Shown in pieces: positions 47,309-60,700 of a DNA stretch of 64,000 bases. This DNA comes from Lama glama. Taxonomy: Eukaryota. Numbering within the stretch: the first letter of the stretch is position 1; each line of letters begins with the position of its first letter. Made by a program: the position numbers and the translations under genes. The notes below the pieces were generated by a model. It had not been told where the DNA came from. It saw only the letters and a list, made by a program, of their open reading frames with translations, and searched no databases. The stretch spans positions 94,676,001 to 94,740,000 of the forward strand of contig CM052817.1 in NCBI GenBank assembly GCA_028534125.1, in the 5' to 3' direction.

Positions 47309-48447
47309 AACGTAAGACCATAATCGCGCACTCAAAGGAAACACTGGATTTTTATCATTTTTAAAATAAAAAAAAAGATTTTACAAAATAATCAAATGTC
47401 ATAACATTAAAACGTCTTTATTTTAAAGATGAGGTGTGTTTAAAGATTTTAAAAGCAGCTCAATTCAGTTTGGAGCCATTGTATCCACCCCCCATTCAGT
47501 ACAACTTCCAATTCCTTTGTTGATCTTATTTGAAAATGCTACTTTGTCTCACCCTATTCTCCTAATTTTAAGTTAAATTGGCTTCCTGAGTTGCCTGATG
47601 CAGGAACACCTGAACTTTTTCTTTATATCAAATCCTCTTTTCTTCCACTCTCATTGTAAATGCTAACTCTCTTATCAAATGTTTTCTATATGTGCTTTCT
47701 CACCTAATTAGGTACAAGATTACTTTTGTCCAGCTCTTTCGTGGAAGTACAAAGAAATCTGCAAGGAGATTAGGTGGAACATCCCCATGTCAGCAGTGTG
47801 GACTGAGCTGCTTTTTCAAATCTCAAGGTCTGTCTCACTTTGCCCATGTCTGTTTTCTTGCTTCAACCCAATTATGCGGTATTTCCTGAATTCTAAGAAA
47901 CTCATTACTTTTCATGTTTTAATATTTCTCAAACTAGAGTTTTAATTAAATTTGCCAAAGTTTCCTCATTTCTTTTTAGTCATTATCTTAATTGCAATGT
48001 AGCAGTCCACTTAATAAGGGTGATAGCTTATATTCAATATAAAACTTGTAAAATATAAAGCACATTGAATAAAAAAAGATACTATTTTCTCAAAGGCTAA
48101 ATCTCTCCTCTACAGAAAATTTTAAAAACAGATTTTTTAAAATCTTAGTAAGATTTCATTAAATTTATTTCAAGATTCAGACTTTAAATAATCCCTCTAA
48201 ATTTTGAAGAATGTATATAACAAAAATTTTCCCCTGGCAGTCATTATAAAAGCAATTCTGGAAGACCTGGAGAAACATTTAACTACTTAGAAGTTGGGAG
48301 GAACATTCTTTTGCAAGGAGACACCTGCTTTGTTGAAAATAACTGGGCTGCTATTCAGCTGATGCACTTTCGGGGCAAAAATGACGATGTCCGTTTTGAC
48401 TGTCGAGTGCCACGTTACACCTGTCATTACACACTTGGCACATCATC

Positions 48448-48648
48448 CAGTTGTGTGTTGGTGGATGTTGAACAACAACTCTCTGGGGAAAACCGGGGAG
48501 GCAGGGAGTGGAAGCCTTGATGTGTAGCATTTCCAATCTCCTTGGTTTCCCACCACAGCCAATTTCAAGCTACTAACATCACATCACTGAACACGGAGTT
48601 AGGAAGAGATGCACACACGCTCCCCTAATCGATTCCAGCACACATCTG
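48448..48648. mobile_element. MER63-like hAT-Blackjack MITE
   Basis: Terminal inverted repeats cagttgtgtgttgg ... ccagcacacatctg. Internal gccaatttcaagctactaacatcacatcactgaacacggagttaggaagagatgcac. Confidence 0.8.
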
Positions 48649-49549
48649 AGCTGAACTCCTGGAGAAGAGACATGATAAGCTACTGCAGGACTGAAGAGAG
48701 TGTCAGGCTGGTACCCAGACTGACTGAAGGAGCCGAATTATATAGTAGGGGAGCTAGGACAGGAATTTGAGTGGGAAGGGATAACTGCCTGAGTTAGAGG
48801 TCAAACAGATTTTATTGGGGAAAAAAATGCCCACTTGTGGTTTTTTAGGTTATTTATTGTGTATGTTAACACCCTCATCTATTTCATCTATGAAATCTCT
48901 AAATTCTACGTTACTCTCTAATGCTTTGGGATGAGTTTTGGTTGGGGGAAGTAGGGGGAGTATGAATTGCAAAAAAAAAAAAAAAAGCAGAGTTTTGCTT
49001 CAAGATTGGTATAGGACTGAAACTGCAGCTGACTCTGGGGGTCACCAATTTGCATGTTAACAGTAATTTGAGGACAAAAGGTAGAAGTCACAGTATATGG
49101 AAGGCTTCCAAGAAATAAGAAGGAGTGGGTTTTTTTGTTTGTTTTGTTTTTTTCCTGCTTGGGAATTTCTTGTTTATATGGCTGGCCATAGAAGATGGTA
49201 GAGGATCGCAGAGGAGGGGATAGTGTAAAATGCATGAGTTTTCATTGGCTTCGGGGACTATGTGGCTAAGCCAACAATGTTGTGACATCATTAGCCAAAT
49301 TTTCTATGTTCCCATGTTGCAAAAATTGATCTGATTTAGACACAATCCGATAAAGCCTTCTGATTCCAATTGTCCACTCAGTGTTCAGTATTTAAGAATC
49401 TCTTCTGAATAGAACTTTGTAAATTATTTACACTTTCTCAATCCTTTTCCCAGACTTTTTTTTACCTGAGACAGTTTCATAGTAATGTCAAATGGACTAT
49501 GTGAGACAAGATGTCCACAAATCTGACTGACTTATCACCGTCTCATATA

Positions 49550-49670
49550 AACCAGGAAAATGGAGAGCAGAGAAATTGAAGGGATTTATCCTCAAGCATC
49601 TCCATTGTCAGAGGACAGACCTGGAAATAAAAGCCTGCCTTTGGACTTCGGACTCTGTGCTCCTTCTTCT
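49550..49670 (-). mobile_element. MIR fragment
   Basis: ggaaaatggagagcagagaaattgaagggatttatcctcaag...gacttcggactctgtgctcctt. Confidence 0.5.
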
Positions 49671-51899
49671 GGACAATATTTGTCTGGCTCTGCAGCAAGC
49701 TCTTGGATGCAAAGAGGCCACCAGAAACAGGGGGTATTGTCACACTTCGGTGACATTTTGCCCATTGCTTGAGAAACAATTTCTGTACTGGTCCTCTTCT
49801 GAGTGGAGGAAAGAAGTGGGGAGGAGGGCTGGATGGAGCTGTTCTCTGTGTGGTCCAGAAGCCTTCACTGCAGGAAGTGGGCCCTTCCGGCCACAGTTCG
49901 ACCAGGAATCCTTATAGTAAAGCCCTGTTTATAAACACACGTGCACCCATACGCAAACATACACACCCCTGAAATGTCCAGAGCAGTTCTGTATCCACAG
50001 AGATAAATCCACAAAGCAGCAGCATGACAGAGACAGATGGGTATAGAAGTATTTTTAATTTTTTAAGAAAACATGTGCCTGCTTTGGGGAGAAACCGTCG
50101 GTTCTAAGGGAAAGGAAACCCGTACTTAGGCTAAACTTCCTCGGGATTAATTATTACTGTATTTGAAATCCAAATGACTTGACCCATCATTAGTGGATAA
50201 GTGTAGGCCAGGGAATAAATATCCACTGTGTCCACAATAAGACAGGTATCCGCACCGCGTTCAAAGGCCCCCGGCCCTGACCACACACGCGTTCGGGCCA
50301 TCTTCAGAGTTGTGATGATGACGAAAGGTGGGATGTATCTTGAAAGCCCAGGGAGGCAGCCAGCACAACCTCAGCCTAATTAGCAGAAACCACAGGGCTA
50401 ACCAGCTCTGGGCCATTCACGTAACCAATCCTTGAGCCAGATGCCACTCTTGGAAAAACATACCTCAGCGCTCCTCATTGAAATTCCGTGTCTGGGCTTA
50501 TAAAGAGGGTACTGTGTGAGCAACACAGGCCTGGCTCGGGGCACCTGGGGCCATTCTGTGAGATATAGTGAGAGGCTCTGCTCTGCTTTCCAAATGGCTG
50601 CGGACGGTAAACAGCCTGCTCAGAGGGCCTGGAACACGGCGGAGGCCCAGCCAGTGGAGTTCTGAGGCACGCCTGTGATTCTCACCGTGTTCTGACTTGT
50701 GCAGGAAAAGGCTCAGACGAGCATAAAATCTCATATGAAGGACATGAACAAAGAAGTGTTGTGGCAATAAAATTTCATTTACACCTCACACGTGTATCAC
50801 TGAAATGACAAAAGCAGGGGGACACCTCACATCTTCTTTAGAACATATGTCTCTTTTTTTCCTATTAATAAACAGAGTGCAGACCTCAAACACGTGTGTA
50901 CTTAATAAGTGTTATTTGAAGATGGTGGCATTTGTTGAATTGAATTCATGCACTTGGCTTACAAAGGGTTCTCTTTACTCTATTCTCTTTAATGTAACTG
51001 CAAATCAACTACCAATTCTTCCCATGAAGGAAACGTTTAACAATATAAATGGGTTTTAAAACAACTGGGAACCATAACCCATACTTGTTGGCACTCAGTG
51101 TTTTTAGTATATGCAAGGTTATGATTCAGTCTTAGTACACTGTATCTTATTTAGAGCATTTTCTATGGAAACATCTACTCTGGAGGGAAACATACGGCAA
51201 CAAAACTAAACAGATCACAAAAGAGCAGCTAATTACAAATACACTTTTGCTACTCAGGACCAAAAAAAAATGTGTAGAGCATATATAAATTGGTACAATA
51301 TCCATCCAGGGTGGGGAAGAGGAGCTTATAAAAAAACCAAATGCCAGACAAAAGCAAAAAGGGCAGAAGAGCTAATAATATAATTTCATGGTTTGTAAAA
51401 TATTGGCAGGGGACAACAGGATGTCCCAGAAAGATTTTCAATTTCTTAGGATATACTGTCTATTCTAATCCTTTTACATCCATATTGAGTTTTCTATTTA
51501 TCCATATGCCTCATTCTCTACATGGTTTCCCAAATTATTTCTTCTCTATATCATGATTTCCTATTTTTCTAGTCAGATTGTCTAATGTTCATGATAAAGC
51601 AATATACAGATATCTTTGCAAGGAACTAACTTGCCCTAATGCCCTAATGGGAAAAATATTGTTTGGGTTACTAGAATAAATCTGAGTTCATCAAGCAGCC
51701 TTCATGCCTCCCACCTCTGTTGCCCACTCTGACCTTCCCCCGTGTAGTAGCCACACGGCCTCATGCTGCAAGAATAAAGGAGCTGAGCGTGGATGAATAT
51801 TCAGTCAGCAACTGCACCATCCAAAGAGACTGCACACATTATAAAGCCCGGGAAGTACACTAGGAACAGGAAGATGTAAAATGCCCTGCTTAAGTGCTA

Positions 51900-52272
51900 A
51901 CATATTAATAATTACCTTAAATGTAAATGGTCTAAATATACCAATCAAAGGACAGAGATTGCCAAGCAGATTGAATAAAATGATCCAACTACATAGTGCT
52001 TACAAGAAACTCACTTCAAATTCAACAACATAGAAGACTGGAAGTAAAAAGAATGGAAAACAATGTGCCATGAAAACAGTAATTAAATTTTTAAAAGAAA
52101 TAGGGGTGGCTATATTAATATCAATAGACTGCAGGGCAAAGAAAATTACTAGCAACAAAAAGAGACATCACATAATGATAAAAGAATCAATCCACCATGA
52201 AAAGAGGATTCTAAATTTATACCTACTAAACCCACAGAACCTCAAAATTTGTGAATCAAAAACTGATTAGAG
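51900..52272 (+). mobile_element. L1 ORF2 endonuclease-region fragment
   Basis: aattaccttaaatgtaaatggtctaaatataccaatcaaag (ITLNVNGLN.PIK), tacaagaaactcac, ggggtggctatattaatatca (GVAILIS), cacataatgataaaagaatcaatcc (HIMIKESI). Confidence 0.9.
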
Positions 52273-52274
52273 CT

Positions 52275-52502
52275 CAATTCTAAAACGCACATTTCTGGTT
52301 GCTATAGGTTGAGGGAGTGGGCAGAATGGGTAAGGAAAAAAATAAAATGCACTTTTTTTTCACATTTAATGTTTCTGAAATGGAGATACTTCTTACAATA
52401 GGTGAAAATTTTCATGTGAAAAAAGCTGTTATTTTTAAAAAGCTGTCATTAAGTCAATGTCACACTTTACACATCAATAGTATCTTAGAAATGAGGAAAT
52501 GT
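52275..52502. mobile_element. MER104/Kanga-like TcMar-Tc2 MITE remnant
   Basis: attctaaaacgcacatt; atgcactttttttcacatttaatgtttctgaaatggagatacttcttacaat; end agtatcttagaaatgaggaaat. Confidence 0.5.
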
Positions 52503-52659
52503 GATGATTGTCTCCTAATTGTTTCAAAAGCGTTAGTCTTGTTTCATGTTACGCAAAAAAAAAATAATTCAATATTACTAATACATTGAAAGACTGTAGG
52601 AATTCCACTCATTTCATAACCTAAATTTCTAAATTAAAACAAAACAGACACACACACAC

Positions 52660-52829
52660 AAAAACAAATTTCTTCTGTATAGCACAGGGAAATGTATTCA
52701 GTATCTTGTAATAACCTTTAATGGAAAAGAATATGAATATGAATATATGTATGTACATGAATGACTGGGACACTGTGCTGTACACCAGAAACTGACACAT
52801 TGTAACTGACTATACTTCAATTAAAAAAA
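52660..52829 (+). mobile_element. Short young L1 3' end
   Basis: ctgtatagcacagggaaatgtattcagtatcttgtaataacc...gactgggacactgtgctgtacaccagaaactgacacattgtaactgactatacttcaattaaaaaa. Confidence 0.9.
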
Positions 52830-53349
52830 GGCAGAAACATACCAAATGATTAGTAAAAGTTTTGTCTTATTGTTAAGACAAAAAATGTAAAATCTAAAAA
52901 GTGTTAAGTTAGCTTATAAAGCAAGGACAATAAATAGCATCTGTGTTTTACACTGATCAGAAATTTCATTGAACAGCTCAATACTACTGTTTACCCGCAC
53001 ATTCATATTAATCAAATATTGTGAAATTGCTCAGACAGGAGGCAGGATTTTGTTTTTGTTTGAAAGAATGAGTAGGAGAAAAGCAAAAGTTTGCTGATGC
53101 TATGTGTATCCGTTAGTGGACATCTACTTCCAGAAATCAACTCCAGAAGTCCCCTGGTATCTTGAACAAATGGTTATGGCTATCACTGTGGTTTTAGCCA
53201 TTCTACTCTTTGATCTTGAACTTCCGGAGTCCTGGAATAACTACTGTGTTCTGTTTTCTGTACTTGGGGTCCATAGTTTTAAGTTCAGCCAAGCAAGAAT
53301 TTGCACATGAGGTGCAAACATATTGCTGTTTTGTCTATTGTAAAACATA

Positions 53350-54265
53350 TGTGCAGAATCTTTATATGTTCTTTGACTTGCTTATTTCCTCCTCAATTAT
53401 GTTTCTAAAATTCATGTATGTTGCTCATTCGTGTTTATTGCTGTGGAGTTTTCCATTGCATTTTCTTTACAATTTACTTGATCATTCTACTCTTTAGAGT
53501 TATTTTGATTGTTCTGATGAATACTACTACTATAAATATTCTTGTATGTGCCTTCTAGTAAACAAAGCTAAGAGTTAATCTAGAGTATATCCCCAAAGAT
53601 TGATTCCTGAGTTGCAGTTATGTATCTGTAAACTTTATTAGGTGGCACTGAGCCATATCCAAAGTAGCTGTACCATTTTAAACTCTCAAGAGCAGAGTAT
53701 GAAAGTTCCAGTCCTTGCTACCCTCACAAATGCCTGGAGTTTCCCAACCATTTACTTTTTGTCAATCAGTATCTATGAAATAGTTCTTATCTTTCTTCCA
53801 TCCCTCATGTTATCACTTTAATTGTTTTAAATGTGATAATTTTGTGGTTTGTTTATAATTTCCCATTAACTCTTTTTCATAGAGGTTTGTATCCTCAGAT
53901 CCTTTGTGTCTTTTTATTATAAGCTTATCTTTAGTTCTTAGTTTCAAGTGGAAGTCCTGTGCGCCAAGAGTTGTGAAAGTGCTCTTGTGGAGGAGTTTTT
54001 TCTCTGTATCTGCTACACCTCAGTGGTCCCAGAAGATCAGTTTTTACATACGTATTTTAGCAAGATGCCTTGGGTCTTCATAGAGTCTGCTGCCATGCTT
54101 TCTGATCTGGCACTGAATTCCTTATTTATTTCTGGCATCTGGGGATTTCTCTTTCTTTTCTGCTAGGTTTTATGACTGTTGTTGTTTCTCTGTTTTATTT
54201 GATCAAATAAATGGAATGAGAGGGAGTATTCATGCCAGCTCAGTCTGTCATATTACCAGAAATTC
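53350..54265 (-). mobile_element. Decayed L1ME 3' fragment (about 53350-53900) plus an L1ME/HAL1-like 5' end (about 53940-54265)
   Basis: Antisense motifs 'tccaaagtagctgtaccatttta', 'cagagtatgaaagttccagt'. Terminal 'cagtctgtcatattaccagaa' resembles the antisense of the L1 5' start. Confidence 0.5.
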
Positions 54266-55469
54266 TGGTCTGATTTAGAGTATTTCTGGTCTATGTAAGA
54301 GTAATTTCTCAAAGTAAAGTGGTTTTGGGTTATAATTTGGTTTCTAATAAAATCTGACCACAGGAAGAAAATGGACTAGGAGTTCTGTGATTCCTGGGAC
54401 TATCACTGTCACTGCCAATTAATTAAATAGCCTCCTGGCTTTAAAATGAGTGTCATGAATCTTCTCTAAAGAGGAGGGTCAACTCTCAGAGTGTACATAA
54501 AATCAACTTTCAAAGCCTACCAGCCTAAGAGCTAGATGCTAGTCTTTGATACAATTTTCTAAGGTCATAAATGCTAACCTGTGTAGCTTCTTGGAACACA
54601 GCCTGACTATAGGTAATTTTCTCTGGTAATAACACTTCAACACACTGTTGGCTGTACAAATATATGTGGTTAATGTCCATAAGCCTTAGCACAAGCTGAG
54701 GCTCACATGCTCTAGTTAACATTACACATCATCAATCTAAGTTTTCAAAAATTAATTTCAATTATGTGACAATTTAGCAAATTATTTTTGCAGTTAATTG
54801 CCTGATTTATAGGATATGTTGTGAATTATGTTTACTGCTTTATATTTAGAATTATTATTAGATGACTTCTGAAGTTACTTCTGCCTTTTAAGAAATATAA
54901 TTTATGATTCTTAGTGATTTACTAAAAAAGGATACGGAGATTACATAAAACACATTTCTTGGAGTCATCAGAACCCTAATAAGTATTTAACTAATTTTAT
55001 TTAATCAAGAAAAAAAACCTAGAGTGGATAAAAATGACTCTAAATATTTTTTCATGTATTTTATATGTTTGCTTTTGTATTTTTTCAGTTATTAAAGCAC
55101 AATTTCTGGCTGCTCCCCATTACAAAATGATAAAAGGCATTTCTTTGCAAAGTCCAGAAATAAATTAAATTTCTTATTTCTAAAATCTCTGGGGGCTGAG
55201 ACAGAGAAGCGTTTATTAAAAACTGCTTTAAACAATTGAGAAAAAAGATAAGTGATGGAAGTCATTTTAATTGGATAAGAACCAAGTCTCATCAATGTTC
55301 AAAGCTAAAACACTCTTTCCCGTAGTTATTTCTGAGTAGGCTGTAGACATAAGTGAATGCCTAACATGGAAATTTTCATGGAAAAGAAAAATTAAATCAA
55401 CTCATACATACGTTCTCTTATGTTGCACGGCTCAACACTGTCCACTATGATTAACTTGCTGCTACTCTA

Positions 55470-55600
55470 TTTCTTTAATTCAGACATTTATTGAGTGCCC
55501 GTTAAGTGAGAAACACTGTGCTACATGCTGAGGGCAGCAAAGAGATGACCAAGTAAAATTTAAGAGACAGCCTAGTTGAAAGGCAGATGTCTAATTATAT
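55470..55600 (-). mobile_element. L2 3' end
   Basis: attcagacatttattgagtgcc...cactgtgctacatgctgagg. Confidence 0.65.
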
Positions 55601-55652
55601 TCCATGTAACAAAATCCACTTTAAATAAAGAAACAAAGGTTAAATAACGTAA

Positions 55653-58600
55653 GGAGTTTCCAGTTCAAGATGGCAATGTACTTAAGATCCTGAACACACC
55701 TCCTCCCATGGACACACTAAATCTGCAGCTCCATATGGAACAATTTCTTTAAAAAAAAAAAAAATCCAAAGCCTGGCTGAGTGACAACTATATAATAGGC
55801 AAAAGTGAAGAAAGTGACATTGAAGCAGGCAGGAGAAAAAAAGAAAGACCTAAAATACTGTTTCTATCTTAAGAAACTAGAAAAAGAAGAGCCAACTAAA
55901 ACAAATCAAATAGGAAGAAATTAATAATAGAGACAAGAGCATAAATTAGTGAAATAGATAATGGACAAACAGTAGAAAAAAAAACAGAACCCAAAGTAAG
56001 TTCTTTGAAAAGATCAATAAAACTGATAAACTTCTAGCCAGGATCAGGAAAAATACAAAGAAAATATAATTTATCAAAATCAGGAATGAGAGCTGGAACA
56101 TCTCTAGAGATTATACAGAAGTTCAAAAAATTATAAATAATTTATTGACAATAACTTAACACTGTAAATGAAATGAACACATTTCTTAAACAACATAAAC
56201 TGTCAAAAAAAAATGGATAACTTGAATATCTATTTAAGACAACAAATTTGTTTAAAAAACCTACCCACAGAGAAAGTTAAAGGCTCACATGGCTTCACTG
56301 GACAATTCTGCCAAACACTCAAGGAAGAAGTAATAAATTCTGCACAAACCCTTCTAGAAAGTAGAAGCAGGAACACTTCCTAATTCATTACATGAGGCCA
56401 GCATACACTGATACCAAAACCAGAGAAAGACATCATGGGGAAAGAAAACTAGAGGCCAAGATTTCTCATAAACATAGATGCAAAAATCCTTAACAAAATA
56501 TTAGCAAATTAATTCCACCAATATATAACAATAATATATTTTCATTATTATACCAAGTGATGTTTAACCTAGGAATTCAAAGATGGTTCGCCATTTTAAA
56601 ATCCATCAGTATTATCCACTATATAAATAAATTAACAAAAACTCTATAATCATCTTAATAGATACAAGAAAAAGTATTTGACAAAATTTAGCATTCTTGT
56701 AAAAGTGCTTAGCAAACCAGGAATATAAAGAAATTTCCTCAACCTGATAAAGGCCACCTACAAAAAAACCTACAGCTAATACTTAACTTAATAATAGAAA
56801 ATTGAATGCTTTCCTCGTAAGACTGGAAATAAGGCAAGGATTTCCACTCTTACCAATTCTATTCAACATTGTACAGCAAAGCAAGAGAAAGAAATATAAG
56901 GCATACAGATTAGAAAGGAAGAAGAAAAACTGTTTTAAATTGACAATGACATGATTACACAGTAGAAAATTCTATAAAATTTAGAAAAATGGTTCTAGAA
57001 TTTATGGAAGAGTTTAGCATGACAGCAGGATAAAAAAAATATCAAAATATTAACAAGTTAATATTTAACCAAGAGAAAAAACTCCATACATATTTCTATG
57101 AGACCTATATGTGAATGTTCATTGCAATGTACAATTAGAAACTGACATTTAAAAAAATAAAAATATTAAGTACTTAGTGATCAATTTAACAAAATATGTG
57201 CAAGACCTATACACTGAAAACTCCAAAGCATTGCTGGGAGAAATTAAAGAAGATCTAAATGAGGAGATACGTCACATTCATAGATCAGAAGCCTCAATAT
57301 TGTTAAAATGTCAATTTTTGCCACATTAATCCATAGATTTTACACAATCCCAATCAAAATCCCACTTGTTATTTTTGTAGAAATTAACAAATTGAATCTA
57401 CAACTTTTATGAAAATACAAATGCCAAAAAGACAAAAAACAATTCTGAAAAAGTAGAAAAAAATGTTGAAGCAGTCACATTACCTGATTTCATGATTTAC
57501 TATAAAGCGAAATCAATCAAGACAGTGTGGTATTGACATAAGAATCAGCATAAAAGTCAAAGGAACAGACCTAAATGCATATGGCAAACGATGTTTGACA
57601 ACAGTGTGAAGGAAATTCAGAGATGAGAAAAAAAATCTTTTCAACAAATGGTGCTGAAATACCTGAATAAGTCATAGGCATAAAAAATGAAATAGTTATT
57701 TCCTCATGTTCTATATAAAAATTAACTTGAAATGATTATAGACCTAGACATAATGGCAAAAACTATAAAATTCCCAGTACAAAATTTCAGAGAAAATCTA
57801 TGTGAGCTTGGATTTGGTGAAATTTTCCTAGATTGGACACAACCCCCCCACAAATTATAACAGAAAACATTTGTAAATCAGATTTTATAAAAATTAAAAC
57901 TTCTGCTTTTTGTAAGCTACTGTTAAGAAAATTAAATATAAGACATAATCTGGGAGAAAATATTTGCAAAACTCATATATAAGACCTCACCTAAATATAT
58001 AATAATTGTACCTAATAATTCAATAATAACAAGAACAATAACCCAATAAAAGAAATAGGCAAGTTATTTGAACAGACAGTTCACAGAAAAGAAACATAAA
58101 ATTGTCATGAAAAGATACTCAACATTATTAGTCATCAGAAAAACAAAAAATTTTTAAACGAAATTTCATTGTATATGCTCTAAGATGGTTAAAATTGAAC
58201 AGACTTTAACAAATCAAGAGCGGTGAGGATGAGGAACAACTGGATTTTTCATGCTGATGGAAATGTAAAATGGTACAGCCATTTTGCAAAATGGTTTGGT
58301 AGATAAATATATCCTTATCAGAAGATCTACCATTTCCACTATTTGGTATCTACTCAAAATGAATTAAGATATATGTTTAATGAAAGTTCTATATGCTAAA
58401 GCTCACAGCAGCTTTATTCATACTAGCTAAAAGTGGAAATAACTTAAATATCTATCAGTTGAGAGATAAACAAAATGTGGTATATCTATATAATGAAATA
58501 GTACCACTTAACAATAAAGGGAATGAACTACTGAGACATTCATTATGTGAAGTGAGAAAAAGGCAGACACAAAGCAATTATAACTTATGTTAGGTGGTGG

Positions 58601-58690
58601 CTACCTGACTATATATATTTGTCAAAACTCTTCCAACTCTATCTTTTTCAAAAGATGAATTTTATTATATGTAAATTATACCTAAAATGT
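55653..58690 (+). mobile_element. Old L1: short 5' terminus (55653 to about 55836) joined directly to ORF2 mid-region through the 3' end; non-coding
   Basis: 5' start gagtttccagttcaagatggc...cacctcctcccatggacacac. ORF2 motifs: ttctttgaaaagatcaataaaactgataaac, ctgataccaaaaccag, aacatagatgcaaaaatccttaacaaaatattagcaaa, caagacagtgtggtattg, ttcaacaaatggtgctg. 3' end tgtaaattatacct. Confidence 0.92.
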
Positions 58691-58719
58691 ACAGGTATAA
58701 CTTGAAATAAGTAGGTAAT

Positions 58720-59520
58720 ATAAAGGAGAGAAAAGGTAACATATTTAGGAAATGGATCCAGAGGTCCAATAACTGAACAATATGAGTTTCAGAAAGAAAG
58801 AGCAGACAATCAAATTGAGGAAATCATCAAAGAAATAATTCAAGAAAATTTCCCAGAATTGAAAACAGATTCCCAACTCAGATACGCCTTTGCAAACTCA
58901 GTTAATGGATAAAAACAGACATTCATCAAAGGACTTTCAGAACAGGGATAAAGGGAACAAGTTTCCATGCTGGGGCTTAGGGCAAGGGGGATGGAACAGG
59001 TCACATACAAAGAATAAGAACTCAGAAAGACTCCACATTTCTCAAAGCAACATGGAAAGTGAGAAGTTAAAGGAGTAATGTTTCAAAAGTAGGAGAGAAA
59101 TTAGCCTATATACTGCTAAACTGTTGATTTTCATTGTGAGGTACAGGAAAGAAAATGTCCAACACCTAATGCTTCAGACTTCTTTTCATGTGTCTTTTCT
59201 CAGGAAGCTACTGGGTAAAGAATTGTACATGAAGTTACCGTGGCTTCAGCAGGATGAGAGTGTGAACAGAAAGAAGGTAAAAAAGCCAAGAAATTGGGTT
59301 AAACTTAACAGAAGGTGAATGCGAATCTCCAGAATAACATGAAGGAAATCCCTGCATGAGAGCTGTTCAGGAATAAGCCAACCTGTTCTGATTAGAGCAG
59401 AGCAAATGAGGAAGCTGACAGAATTGTAATGTTTGGACACATTGAGAGGAGGTTTAGAAAACTGGGGAGAATCTGAGATGAATTAATAATAAGCATATAT
59501 ATGAAATTCTGATGCATTAG
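58720..59520 (+). mobile_element. L1ME/HAL1-like ORF1 remnant
   Basis: ggatccagaggtccaataac...gagtttcagaaagaaag...gaggaaatcatcaaagaaataattcaagaaaatttcccagaattgaa (EIIKEIIQENFPEL, an L1 ORF1-type motif). Confidence 0.7.
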
Positions 59521-60469
59521 TTAGTTGTATAGATGTTAAGATTCATGGACAACAATAGCAGAGGTCTAAAGTTGTTATATCAAAGCTGAAGATAAAGAGC
59601 CTCCATAGGAGTAATACTGGATTCATGGTCAGTATTAACAATGAAATGGCCCCTAGAGTTAACCTACAGACTGATACTAAAAATGTGAGATCATGGTTAT
59701 AAATGTTAGATATAGACATGTTCCTTTCCATTTGGGAAATAACTCAGGGGAAAGCATGTTTCTTTGCCTGGAATTCTATGAATGACTCTTTGTCAGACCC
59801 ATCAACAGAGTTTCATATTCACGACTCCCTATGCTAAGTTGGTCAAAGTAAATGCCATTCAGGAAGCTGTCAGGTAGTTTCAAACACTTGGCAGATAAGC
59901 CAGGATGCCAGGTTAGGAGAAATATATTCTCATTGTATATGCCACAGAGTTTCTGATATTATTTCAATTTAAAAGGTCCTTAAAATGTTGAACCTGGAGA
60001 AACTTGCCTCCTAAAATCAAGGTAGATTTGTTTTTTATAAACTGGTGATAAAATGCCAGGAAAAGAAAAGAATAATTTTGATAATGTAATATATTACATA
60101 TAAGATATTAAATGTTATAACTGTAAGCGATAATTTTTTGAGTATTTTCTCCATGAAGCCACATTTAAATAAAGTATTTTTGTGAATGGAAGATATATTG
60201 CAAAACATGTTAAGCACAGGGAAACAAAGCAAGCTTTCATTCTGAAATTTTGAATTATATGATGCTGTAATTGTTGACTTACAAGCACTCTTAAGATTAG
60301 ATCCATCTAATTCATTGAGGCTGAGGGGCAGCCACATTGACCATTTTCCATGAAGCAAAAGACGTGGTTACAAGTTATCTCATCTGTTTAGCCCAAGTAT
60401 CTGATAATTAAGTAGCAGAAAAAAAACAAAACCAAACCGAACAAAAACCTCCACAAAAAAATAAACAGA

Positions 60470-60700
60470 AACCAAATACAAAGTGAAAGACATATTTGCA
60501 ATATTACATGTTGTACAGTTTAAAATTCTTAGTGTAGTAAGGATTCTTACGAATCAAAAAGACAGACAACCCAATAGAAAAAGGAACTAAGGACAAGGAT
60601 AGGGAATTCACAAAAAAAGAAGAGGAAATGGCCAATAAATACATTAAAAAAAAAAAGCAACCCTAGTATATAGAAATAAAGAGATATTATTTTTCTCCTA
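60470..60700 (+). mobile_element. Old L1 ORF2 3' fragment
   Basis: gacagacaacccaatagaaaa...gaattcacaaaaaaagaagaggaaatggccaataaatacat. Confidence 0.65.
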
